Positions 52,872 through 62,604 of a stretch of 64,000 bases of DNA are shown here, piece after piece. The translations under genes were made by a program, and so were the position numbers. The stretch comes from an uncultured delta proteobacterium. GTDB lineage: Bacteria > Myxococcota_A > Polyangia > Haliangiales > Haliangiaceae. Positions within the stretch are counted from its first letter, which is position 1. Every line of letters starts with the position of its first letter. The notes below the pieces were generated by a model. It was not told the DNA's origin and did not search any database. It was given only the letters and a program-made list of their open reading frames with translations. The DNA lies in the NCBI GenBank assembly GCA_963764695.1, contig CAVXTW010000015.1:349845-413844 (forward strand). The letters run 5' to 3'.

Positions 52872-53780
52872 ATGACCGATCGCAAGCCTGTCGTTCTCAT
52901 CACTGGAGCTACCAGCGGCATTGGCCGCCACGCCGCGCTGTATCTGGCCGAGCGCGGATTTCACGTCATCGCCACGGGGCGAAACAGTGACGGTCTGGCG
53001 TCGCTGGCGAAGGAGGCGGCCACGGTCGGGCTGCTGACGCCGCTGCGGCTGGATGTGACCGATGCGGGGTCGATCGCGAGCACGGCGCAGGCGGTGGACC
53101 GGCTGACCGGCGGACGCGGCATCGATGTGCTGGTCAACAATGCCGGGTATGGCGACATGGCGCCGGTCGAGATGATCAGTGACGCCGATGTTCGGGCAAA
53201 TTACGAGACGAATGTGTTCGGTCTGCTCGCGGTGACGCGGGCGTTTCTGCCCGCGATGAGGCTGCGCGGCCGGGGCCGCATCATCAATGTCAGCAGCCTG
53301 GGCGGACTGTTCACGCTGCCGTTCTACGGCGTGTACAACTCGACCAAGTACGCGCTCGAGTCGCTGTCGGATGCGCTGCGCGTCGAGCTGCGGCCATTCG
53401 GAATCGAGGTGTCGATCATCGAGCCGGGCGCGATTCGCACCCGGTTCACGTCCGGGTCGATCGACACCGGCAGCAAGTACCAGACGCCGGCCTCGCCGTA
53501 TCGCCAGGTGCTCGCGCACTACACGTCGGTGGCGCGCAAGGTCAACCGCAAGGCGCCCGAGCCGCGGGTGATCTCGAAGGCGATCCATCACGCGGCATCG
53601 AGCCGCCGGCCGCGCGCGCGCTACGCAGCGCCGTTCAGCGCGCGCCTCGGCATCGCGATCCTGCGCGCCCTGCCCACGCGCTGGGCCGACGCCATCCTCC
53701 GCCGCGTCTCGCACATGGATCGCAAGCACCTGTCGGCCGGCGAGATGGCCGCAGGCGAGCTCGGCACCGGCCAGGCGTAG
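52872..53780 (+). CDS. SDR-family oxidoreductase
   Basis: RBS aggagc before ATG 52872. Motifs TGATSGIGRHAA, NNAG, YNSTKYAL. Confidence 0.85.
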   Translation: MTDRKPVVLITGATSGIGRHAALYLAERGFHVIATGRNSDGLASLAKEAATVGLLTPLRLDVTDAGSIASTAQAVDRLTGGRGIDVLVNNAGYGDMAPVEMISDADVRANYETNVFGLLAVTRAFLPAMRLRGRGRIINVSSLGGLFTLPFYGVYNSTKYALESLSDALRVELRPFGIEVSIIEPGAIRTRFTSGSIDTGSKYQTPASPYRQVLAHYTSVARKVNRKAPEPRVISKAIHHAASSRRPRARYAAPFSARLGIAILRALPTRWADAILRRVSHMDRKHLSAGEMAAGELGTGQA

Positions 53781-53801
53781 CCCGCCCAGCCTCAGCTCGC
53801 T

Positions 53802-55028
53802 TCACATGAAGTTGCGGGTGTGCAGGCTCGACAGCGCCTGCGCCTCGCCGTCGGTGAAGCCCAGCCGCCGCAGCCGGCGCTGGCGGCCCTCGTCCATGTC
53901 GCGCTCGAGCTCGACCACGGCGGCGTGACCGCGCGCGATCGCCTCAGGCTCCCACGAGCCGGCGCCGATCAGGACGAGCGCGTCGAACACTTCCTCGTTG
54001 AGACCGGCGGTGTGGCGCAGAGCGTCGTGGCGGCGCTCGACCGCGGCGGCCAGGCGCGAGCGCAGGCCCGGCTCCTCGCCGGCGTGGCGGGCGAGGTGCG
54101 CCAGGCCGAACGCGACGTGCCGCGCCTCGTCCTGCGCGGCCAGCCGCGCCACCTCGGCGGTGACCGGGTCGGGCGCGCGGCGATGCAGGAACCACAGCAG
54201 CGACAGAAAGCTCCCCTCGCCCAGCACCGACAGCAAGAACGAGGCGAGCGCGAAGTCCGGCTCGTCGACCAGGGTCTTGAGCGACAGCTGCCCGCCCACC
54301 GTCGACAGTCCCAGCTGATCGCGATGGAGGAGCGCACGCCGCGTGAACACCTCGATGTGGCGGGCCTCGTCGGCGGTCTGCACGGCGAGCAGCTGCATGA
54401 CCTCGCGGAAGTGAGGATGCAGCTGGGCCAGAAATCGAGCCGGGACGATCAGCGCGGCGGTCTCGTTCTCGATCAGATAGGTCATGACCTGGACCACCGC
54501 GTCCTCGATCTCGTCGGGCAGATCGCTCGGCGCGGCCCACGGGATCGCGGTGGCCGGATCCCACTGCGCCGCCGCCGCCTGCTCGTAGAGCCGCGCCGCC
54601 TCGTCGGCCCACACGAGCCGCTTGTCTCCGAGCGCGAAGTGGTACTCGGGCGCGCCGGCTTCCACCGCGGCCCCGCGCGCGGCCAGGCCCCACTGCCGCG
54701 GCGGCTGCGACACGACCCCGGCGCCGCCCGATCGCGCGTGGCCGGCGCGCTCCGCCCCGCGCCACCGACCCGCCTGGTCGGTACGCCGGGTCACGAATCC
54801 GGCCAGGTCGCTCACATCTCCACCCGAGCGCTCTGCCGGCTCGAGCTCGTGGCCCTGGGCGCGGCACCACGCCAGCAAGTGCAGGCCGAGGTGCGCATCG
54901 CGACCGCGAACCTCGAGGCGCTCACCAATCGCGACGTCGGCGAGCGCGCGCTTGAGCAACAGATGACCGCCCCGATCGAGCCCCAGGTCCGCCAGGTCGA
55001 CCCTGGCGGCCGGCCGGGACGCAGTCAT
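53802..55028 (-). CDS. ferritin-like di-iron domain protein (two DEARH motifs)
   Basis: …QTADEARHIEVF… and …AAQDEARHVAFGLAHL… spaced ~90 aa apart as in ferritin-like/MiaE-like four-helix-bundle di-iron proteins. Start ATG overlaps upstream stop. Confidence 0.5.
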   Translation of the reverse strand: MTASRPAARVDLADLGLDRGGHLLLKRALADVAIGERLEVRGRDAHLGLHLLAWCRAQGHELEPAERSGGDVSDLAGFVTRRTDQAGRWRGAERAGHARSGGAGVVSQPPRQWGLAARGAAVEAGAPEYHFALGDKRLVWADEAARLYEQAAAAQWDPATAIPWAAPSDLPDEIEDAVVQVMTYLIENETAALIVPARFLAQLHPHFREVMQLLAVQTADEARHIEVFTRRALLHRDQLGLSTVGGQLSLKTLVDEPDFALASFLLSVLGEGSFLSLLWFLHRRAPDPVTAEVARLAAQDEARHVAFGLAHLARHAGEEPGLRSRLAAAVERRHDALRHTAGLNEEVFDALVLIGAGSWEPEAIARGHAAVVELERDMDEGRQRRLRRLGFTDGEAQALSSLHTRNFM

Positions 55029-55894
55029 CAGCCGCCCCGGGTCCCGCCGGCCGTCACTCGCTCCAGCCACGGTGCCAGGGTCCCGAAGCGATCGACCGCG
55101 CGCTCGAGCTGCGCGTAGCCCTCGACCCGGCCCGGCTTCCACTGCTTGAGTCCCTCGAGGTCGAAAAGCCTCCGCACCTCCGGCTCGTCGTAGGCCATGT
55201 CGAACAGGAGCTCGACGAAGCGGTCGACGAGCCCGCGCGGCGCATCGTCGAGCACCGTGAAGTTGCAGTGGTCGTAGGGCGGCGTCTGATGGAGGATGCG
55301 CGTGGACCCGGCCGGCAGCACGCCCTCGAGGCCAAACAGGAGGTGGTTACCGTCGATCATGCACGCGGCCTCCACCTCTCCGCTCACCAGCGCGCGCGCT
55401 CCCTCTCGCTCACCACCGATGTGGTCGCCGTGCTTGCCCAGCAGCAGGTCGAAGCGTCGCACCTCGACGTCGCGATCCGGATCGAGGCCGGCGTCGGCCA
55501 GGTGCAGGAGCGGGATGAGGTGGGCCTGCGGTGAGTCTGCCGCGCCGGTCGCGATCCGCTTGCCCCGCAGATCGGCCAGCGTCTTCACGGTCGAGTCGGC
55601 GCGCACCGCGATGACCGACGTCAGGTCGCGATCGGTGTCGCGCATGGCCACGGCACGCGCGCGCCGGCCGCGCGCAGCCGCGACCCGCACCGCCTCGATC
55701 CACGCCAGCGGCGAGTTCCAGGCGACGTGATATTGACCGGCGAAGTGACCCTCGACCTGTCGTTCGTAGTTCGAGTACAGCACGTAGTCGAAGCTCAGGC
55801 CGCGCGCCCCGAAGTACTGCGCGAAGCCGTCCCAGATGGTGACCACCTTCGGGTCATAGGCCACCGCTCCGAGGAGCAGCGTGTCGCTCGCCAT
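55028..55894 (-). CDS. PhnD/SsuA-like binding-protein-fold protein, no signal peptide
   Basis: LLLGAVAYDPKVVTIWDGFAQYFGARGLSFDYVLYSNYERQVEGHFAGQYHVAWNSP…TSVIAVRADSTVKTLADLRGKRIATG. Paralogous in fold to the 41999..42817 product. Confidence 0.55.
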   Translation of the reverse strand: MASDTLLLGAVAYDPKVVTIWDGFAQYFGARGLSFDYVLYSNYERQVEGHFAGQYHVAWNSPLAWIEAVRVAAARGRRARAVAMRDTDRDLTSVIAVRADSTVKTLADLRGKRIATGAADSPQAHLIPLLHLADAGLDPDRDVEVRRFDLLLGKHGDHIGGEREGARALVSGEVEAACMIDGNHLLFGLEGVLPAGSTRILHQTPPYDHCNFTVLDDAPRGLVDRFVELLFDMAYDEPEVRRLFDLEGLKQWKPGRVEGYAQLERAVDRFGTLAPWLERVTAGGTRGG

Positions 55895-55908
55895 GTCGTC
55901 CCTCCGCC

Positions 55909-57042
55909 CTAGAAAACCGGCAGCCCGCAGACCGCCTTGCCGATGAAGTCGTACAGCTGATCGGTGGTCGGCGCCATCACGTTGGCAGCCCGCGAGTCGC
56001 GGAAGATGCGCTCCACGCCGACCTCGCGCCGGAACGCCGCCCCGCCACACACGCGCATCGCGGTGTCGAGGACCTGGCCGGCGGTCTCACCGGCAGCCGC
56101 CTTGCACTCGAGCACGCGCAGCATCGTGTCCGGCCTGCCGCTCTCCATCGCCGCCGCGGTGTCGAGCATGAGGCAGCGCGCCATGTCGGTGGCCACGCGC
56201 ATGCGCGCGATGTACGCGCGCAGGGTCGGCAAATCCGCCAGCGACGAGCCAAGGTGCTCGAACGTCGTGCCCGACGCGTGCGCGACCGAGCGCTCCACCG
56301 CGGCCTCCATCATGCCGACCGAGCAGGCCGATATGAGCAGGTTGAACACCGGCAGCGCGGCCTCGAGCATGACCCCCAGCCCCTGTCCGTCCTGGCCGAG
56401 CATCGCCGACGCGGGCAGGCTCGCACCCTCGGCGGTGACCGGAACCGAGTCGTTGCCGCGCAGCCCCATGCCGTCGAACGCCGCGCCGGTGCGCAGGCCT
56501 TCGGTCTCGCGCGGCACCAGCCAGATCGTGCTCGGCCCCTCGGCGGTCACCGGCCGGCTCGACCACACGTACGCGGTCGCGTGACTGGCGGAGGTGACCC
56601 AGCTCTTGCGCGCCTGGAGACGGACCTTGCCGCCGTCCATCTTCTCGGCGCTCGAAACCGGCGCCCAGAACATGCTGCGCGACCCCGCCTCCGAGAAGGC
56701 GAGCGTGGAAAGGTGGCGGCCCTCTGCAATGTCGCGGCGGACGTTCTCGGGCCCCAGCTTCTCGATCACCGCGGCGCCGGCGAAGTGCATCGTGACGACC
56801 ATCGCAGTCGAGCCGCACTCGCGCGCGATCCGCTCCACCACCAGGGCGGCGACCCGCGGCGACAGACCCAGCCCGCCGACGTCGCGGCCGGTCAACAGGC
56901 CGAGAACACCGGTCTTGCCCAGCGCGGCAACCGCCTCCGCGGGAAAGACAGCATTCCTGTCCACCGTCGCGGCGCTGGCGGCGACCACCTCGCGCGCGAT
57001 CCGGTCAACTGTCTCGAGCAGGCTCGCTTCGTCGTTCGACAT
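55909..57042 (-). CDS. acyl-CoA dehydrogenase family protein
   Basis: ACAD N/M/C domain order. Typical C-terminal …ERIFRDSRAANVMAPTTDQLYDFIG. Confidence 0.8.
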   Translation of the reverse strand: MSNDEASLLETVDRIAREVVAASAATVDRNAVFPAEAVAALGKTGVLGLLTGRDVGGLGLSPRVAALVVERIARECGSTAMVVTMHFAGAAVIEKLGPENVRRDIAEGRHLSTLAFSEAGSRSMFWAPVSSAEKMDGGKVRLQARKSWVTSASHATAYVWSSRPVTAEGPSTIWLVPRETEGLRTGAAFDGMGLRGNDSVPVTAEGASLPASAMLGQDGQGLGVMLEAALPVFNLLISACSVGMMEAAVERSVAHASGTTFEHLGSSLADLPTLRAYIARMRVATDMARCLMLDTAAAMESGRPDTMLRVLECKAAAGETAGQVLDTAMRVCGGAAFRREVGVERIFRDSRAANVMAPTTDQLYDFIGKAVCGLPVF

Positions 57043-57256
57043 TGGTTCCTCCCGGGGCCCGGGGGAACCGGCTGCGCTCAGCGGCCGAGAGCACCCGCGG
57101 GCGATGTGCTCGACCCGACACCGTCGGGCCAGGTACTGGTTCAGCGGCCGACAGAACGCAACATGGCGCGCATCATTTGCCAGCCGCTGGACACTGTCAA
57201 CCGAGTAGACTCGCAGCCACGTAGACTGTTTTCACTCGCCTATCCGGGGGAAGCAC

Positions 57257-59274
57257 ATGAGGAAAGCCACACGCGCCATCCTGCCACTCGTCTGTCTCCT
57301 CGCCGCTGCCTGCGGCGACGACAACGGCGGCGACGACGATGGTGACGACGGAGACGACGACGGCGGCGTGGAGCGCCGACTGGTCCTGTTTCACACCAAC
57401 GACGAGCACTCTCACCTCTTCGGCTTCGCGCCGGAGATCGACGACTTCCCGCTGCCGACCGAGCCCGGCGACGGCACCATCGTGGGCAGCATCGCGCGCC
57501 GCGGCGAGCTGCTCGACCAGGAGCGCGCCGCCCTCGACGACGAAGGCATCGACAGCCTGACGGTGTCGGCCGGCGACCAGACGCAGGGCGCCTTGCCGCA
57601 GATCGAGTTCGCGGAGACGTCGCCCGACTTCGCGCTGATGGCAGAGGTCGGCTACGACATCATGGCCCCGGGCAATCACGAGTTCGATCTCGGACCCGAG
57701 GCGTACGCCGCAGCCATCGAGGCGGTGCCTGACATGCCGCCCATCGTCTCGACCAACATCGTCTTCAGCGATGACCCGGGCGACGACACGCTCGAGGCGC
57801 TCTACGGCGAGGGTCTGTCGGCCGCGCCGATCACGCCGTATCAGATCCTCGCGACGTCGAGCGGCATCCGCGTCGGATTCGTCGGCATCATGGGCGTGAA
57901 CGCCTCGGACGTCGCGCCCAACAAGGTGCCCGTCAACTTCTCCACCGATCTCGAGGCCGTGTACGCGTCCATCCAGCCGGCCGTGGACGCCCTGCGCGAC
58001 CAGGACGTCGATCTTGTCGTCGCGCTCTCGCACAGCGGCGTCGACCTCAACACCCCGGCCAACGGCGAGGATTTCAACATCGCCCAGAACGTCGAAGGCA
58101 TCGACATCATCGTGAGCGGCCACACGCACACCCGGCTCGACGAGGCCATCATCGCCGACGGCCCGGACGGCCCGGTCCCGATCGTCCAGACCGGCTCCTA
58201 CGGCCGCTTCCTCGGCCGCGTCGAGCTCGTCCTCCCCGCCGACGGCGGCCGCGCCACCCTGGCCACCTCCGAGCTCCTCTCGATCGACGACACCATCGTC
58301 CCGTCCGATGACAGCATCACCTCGCAGCTCGACGCCCTCATCGCCAACCTCGAGGCCACCGTGCTGCCGGCCCAGATCTCCCGCATCGAGGGCGCGGAGG
58401 TCACCGATGATCCCAAGGTGCTCGGCGACCTCTACTACCGCGACATGGGCGCGACAGAGTTCGACATCATCGGCCAGCGCTCGCGCACCGAGACCAACAT
58501 GCTCAACCTCTCCAACGACGCCAAGCTGGCCGCGGCGGAGGAGTTCTTCGGTCCCACCGACATCGCCATCGAAGCCTCCGGCACCGTGCGCGACGACATT
58601 CTGGTCGGCGAGACGGGGGTGCTGAGCTACGCGGACCTGTTCCGCGTCTTCCCGCTCGGCGAGAACCCGTTCGACGGCGGATCGATCGGATATCCGCTGG
58701 TTCGCTTCAAGATCGCATCTGTCGGCCGAGTCAAGGCGGCACTCGAGGTCGGCGTATCGATCGGATACGTCGATGACTCGTTCTACCTGAGCGCCAGCGG
58801 GTTGTTCGTCGAGTACGACACCAACCTTGATCCGCTGGACACGTCCAACCTCAACAACGTCTTCGACGAGTCCAAGGGCCGTATCACGAGGATCGTCCTC
58901 GACGTCGACAAGTCGGGCACGCTCGACGAGACCGACATTGCCATCTTCGACCGCGCGCGGCCAGGTGATGAAGCCTGGAACAGCCGGCTGGGGGCATCAA
59001 CGACTTCTATTCGGTGGTTACCACGCTCTACATCGGCAGCTTCGCTGATGACAACGGGATTCCCCTGTACGACGACATGGAGCAGGGGGTCGCTCTCGAA
59101 GACACCATCCTGACCCGGGACGACGGCAGCGACGTGAAGGACTACGAGGCGTTCATCGGCTACATCCTCACTCTCACCGCCGAGAACAAGGGCTTCCTGC
59201 CGACCATCTACGATGAGAGCACCGCAAGGGAGGGCATCCCGCGCCACATGCTGTGCAAGGTCCGCTCTGCGTGA
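57257..59274 (+). CDS. 5'-nucleotidase/metallophosphoesterase (UshA-like) lipoprotein; C-terminus disturbed by a 1-bp indel near nt 58992
   Basis: Lipobox ILPLVCLLAAACG then D/G-rich linker. Motifs NDEHS, GNHEFD, SGHTHT. After …EAWNSRLG the frame switches to ORF 59014..59274 (GINDFYSVVTTLYIGSF…). Fixing needs one extra G in ctgggggcatc. Confidence 0.7.
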
Positions 59275-59279
59275 AGTAC

Positions 59280-60861
59280 GGCGGCTAGCGAGTCCCGAGG
59301 ACGCCAGACGTCGGGCTCGGGACTCACGATGCCGGCGGCGGAGAAGTCCTCGGGCAGCGTGACGTTGATACGGATCCTGCCCACTGCGCCGCCGCCGGCT
59401 CCCGCGAACACGAGCGCCGAGGACTCGGGGCGACTCTGCGTCTTCGCCGGGTGACGGAGGCGCCGACAGGCGCCGCCGCTGCCGCCATCACCGAAGCCCA
59501 GCGTCGGGTCCTGGGTGCAGCCCGTGCCGCCCTCGGCGGCCTGGCCGCTCAGTTGCCCATCCTCTCCGGTCGTTGCATCCGGCGGCTGCCCCCACCGCCA
59601 TTGGCGGCGATGGCTGTGCCCTCGGAGATGCCACGCGAGGCGCTTCGAGGAGGATTCCGCCACCCGAGCCGCCGCCGCTGCCGCCCGTCTGGCCCTCACC
59701 ACCGCGACCGCCAGCATCCAGGAACGCCTGCGAGCTCGAATCCGCGATCGAGATGAGCGTCCTGACTCACCAGCTGGATGGCGCCGCCCCCGGGCCGCCG
59801 ATCCTTCGTGCAGTGGTTCGGCGTCGCCCCCTGAGCAGCCTCCGCGAAGCGGCACGAGGGCCGCACCTCCGATCGCCGATCCGCCTGCGCTGCCCTCTGC
59901 CTCAAGGGAGCCGACGGCGCCGTTCCGCCGCTGGCGCCCGCGGTGGCGAAGCCGCCACCGCCTGCTCCGCTGATCGCGCCGCTGAACGACCCTCCTTCGG
60001 GCCGATTCACGGACACCGCCGGACGTCCCACGCAGCTTCCTTCGTGGTCGCGCCGGCCTCGACTTTCGCAGATTTCCGCGGAGCAGGATGTCTCCATTGG
60101 ACACGATCGCCAGAGCGCGTGAACCGGTCGCGGTGGTGTTGGTCAGCGTGAGCGAGTTGACGGCGAAGACACGGATCGCCACGCCGCCAGCTGGCGCCGA
60201 GATCTGGAAGTCGGGCACGTCCACCAGTCATCCCGTCGCCGTTGGTTATCGTCCCGGAGTCGGTGTTGATGACCGCACCATTCGTCAGCGTGACGTCCGG
60301 GGCGTCCGGCGTCATGTCGAGGTAGCCGGCGAGGTCGTTGGACGGCTCGACGTCGAAGCAGCGGGCGCCGATCTCCTCGCAGCCCAGCGGACAGGTGACG
60401 ATGTCCTCCACCTTGCCGGCCGCGCTGCACTGGATGAGCTGCTCGCCCGAGCAGATGCGGGTCTCGGGCTCGCACGTGCAGGTTTGCTCGGCGGCGTTGC
60501 ACTCGGAGCCGCACTCGACCGAGACCGTGGCCGTTCCCTGATCGTCGCAGTACACGGCCGTGTCGCCGTCGGAGCACTCGAGGAACGATCCGGGCTCGCA
60601 GGAGAAGCCACCGTCGTCAGAGTCGCCATCGCCGCCATCATCATCGCCGCCGTCGCCGCCTGGGCCGGCGTCGCCGGCGAACGGGTCGGGGATGCACGTC
60701 CGCGCGACGCCCTCGGACGCCGGGTGTTCACCCGCCAGGTCGCAATAGGGCCGCGCTGGATCGGTGCACCCATCGGGGCCGTCGCAGTAGAGCGGGTCGT
60801 AAACTTTGCACGCCGGGGCGGCGCAGACGAGAATCAAAAGAGCACGGCTGGCGACTCGCAT
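59280..60861 (-). CDS. secreted Cys-rich protein with Gly-rich (beta-helix-like) C-terminal half; 3' half shows multiple frame disruptions
   Basis: Signal MRVASRALLILVCAAPAC (ATG at 60859-60861). Cys-rich modules (YCDGPDGCTDPARPYCD; CEPGSFLECSDGDTAVYCDD…). Downstream pieces in two other frames (…SLTLTNTTATGSRALAIVSNGDILLRG…; …GGSFSGAISGAGGGGFATAGASGGTAPS…). Confidence 0.4.
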
Positions 60862-61002
60862 GGGGCAGATCTCCTTCGCGCATGATATCGGCCCGAGCGG
60901 CCGGCTGTTGCACGCGGCCTGTTCAACTCGTTCCGAAAGCGGGGCGACACGCATCTACGTCCTCGGCTCGCGTGGTCGCGGGCACGGTCCGGCGAACCTG
61001 AG

Positions 61003-61869
61003 ATGCGCGCGCTGCGTCTCTGCCTCCTGCTCGCGATCGCAGTCTCCACCTGCGCCGGGGCTGCGCCGCTCGAGACCACGACACCCGCTCGCCGGCCGCG
61101 CGGCGAGGTCCGGCCGGCCACCGTGAGGATCGCCAGCTGGAACCTCAAGCGGCTCGGTCACGGCAAGAAGCGATTCGACCTGGTCGCGCGCATGCTGGCG
61201 AACCAGGACGTCGCGGTCCTGCAAGAAGTGATGACTCCCGCCGGGGTTCGCCGCCTGCTCGCGCACCTGCCGGGCTGGAGCGCCGCCATCTCGCCGCGCG
61301 CGGTCGGGCGCCGCGGCTATGCCGAGCACTACGCGGTCCTGTACCGGCGCGATCGGGTCGAGCGGCTGCGCGCGTACACCGTCGACGACCCGGGCGATCG
61401 GTTCGCGCGCGAGCCGTACGTGGTCTGCCTGAAGGCGCGGGCGTTCGACTTCTGTGTCCTCACCATCCACGTCGTGTTCGGCCGCACCGTCGGTCCGCGC
61501 GATGCGGAGATCGAGGCGCTCGGGCCGCTGCTCGACCGGCTCATGCGCACATCGCGCGAGCGCGACTGGATCGTCGCCGGCGACTTCAACCGCCCGGCGC
61601 GCGCCGGGTGCTGGTCATCGCTGACCAGTCGCGGCTGGACCATGGCCCGCCGCCCGACCCCGACCAGCATCAGCGCGGCCGGCTACCGCAACGACTACGA
61701 TCACCTGCTGCTCAACCGGCGCTACACGCGCGAGTGGACCGGCGCCGCCGATCGCCTCGACTTCGTGTCCCGGGTCTGCCGCGGAGACTTTGCCTGGTGC
61801 CACGCACAGGTCTCCGACCACGCGCCGATCTACGCGACCTTCTCGACAGCCGGAACGGACGACGACTGA
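61003..61869 (+). CDS. secreted endonuclease/exonuclease/phosphatase (EEP, DNase I-like) family protein
   Basis: Signal MRALRLCLLLAIAVSTCAGA. EEP blocks IASWNLKRL, VLQEV, GDFN, SDHAPI. Confidence 0.75.
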   Translation: MRALRLCLLLAIAVSTCAGAAPLETTTPARRPRGEVRPATVRIASWNLKRLGHGKKRFDLVARMLANQDVAVLQEVMTPAGVRRLLAHLPGWSAAISPRAVGRRGYAEHYAVLYRRDRVERLRAYTVDDPGDRFAREPYVVCLKARAFDFCVLTIHVVFGRTVGPRDAEIEALGPLLDRLMRTSRERDWIVAGDFNRPARAGCWSSLTSRGWTMARRPTPTSISAAGYRNDYDHLLLNRRYTREWTGAADRLDFVSRVCRGDFAWCHAQVSDHAPIYATFSTAGTDDD

Positions 61870-62604
61870 CGCCGGAGCCCGGTAAGTTCTCGCTCGAGAT
61901 CTCGACCCCGAAGCCCCCGCCTCCCAGCGGCCACACGCGAGCGCGGTGCACGTGATCCGAGAGCTCGGGCAGGCTGATCACGAACACCCAGCCGCCGGCC
62001 AGACACCGGCTCGTCACCTCGACGGTCGAACGGGCCAGGTGGCAGCGGACACGCGCCTCCACGCCTCCGGAGGGGCAGACAGCATCCCCATCGAAGCCGG
62101 CCACGATGCCGGCCGGCCCCTCCACATCTCCGGGAGCCGCGAGCGCTCGCAGGGCCACGGACAATGCCCGGCCGCGGTCCGGACAATGCGCCGCCGGCGG
62201 CCCGCGGGATGAGCTGCCGCACGCTCCCATTCCCGGCCCGCTGACGACCCAGGCGGCCATTGCGATCCACGTGCGCCTCAGCACATCCGGAGCCCATCGC
62301 AAGGACAGCGCCATCGCAACCCCGCGGCCACTCGAGCAATGTCCGGCCCGGCGGCCGGGATCCCGGCCGGACGCGTCCCGATATCCGTCCACATCAGCCC
62401 TGGGGCGGGCAGCCCCGATAGGACGCTACTGCCCCCTCCACGCTGCGGAACCGTGACCTCACACAACATCGCCAAGCGGCAGGAATCACGCACCGCTCAC
62501 CTGGTGCGTATGGCCCCCGTTTACTGGTCTATCCGTTGCTAGTTAACAATGCGGCCCACGCCACGTGCTTCGCTCGGTCCCACGCCGGATCAACGAGGAA
62601 CCCC

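Noticed and set aside
55028-55894. Phosphonate ABC transporter operon (phnCDE)
   Set aside because: The PhnD-like genes have no signal peptides, and no adjacent ATPase or permease genes.
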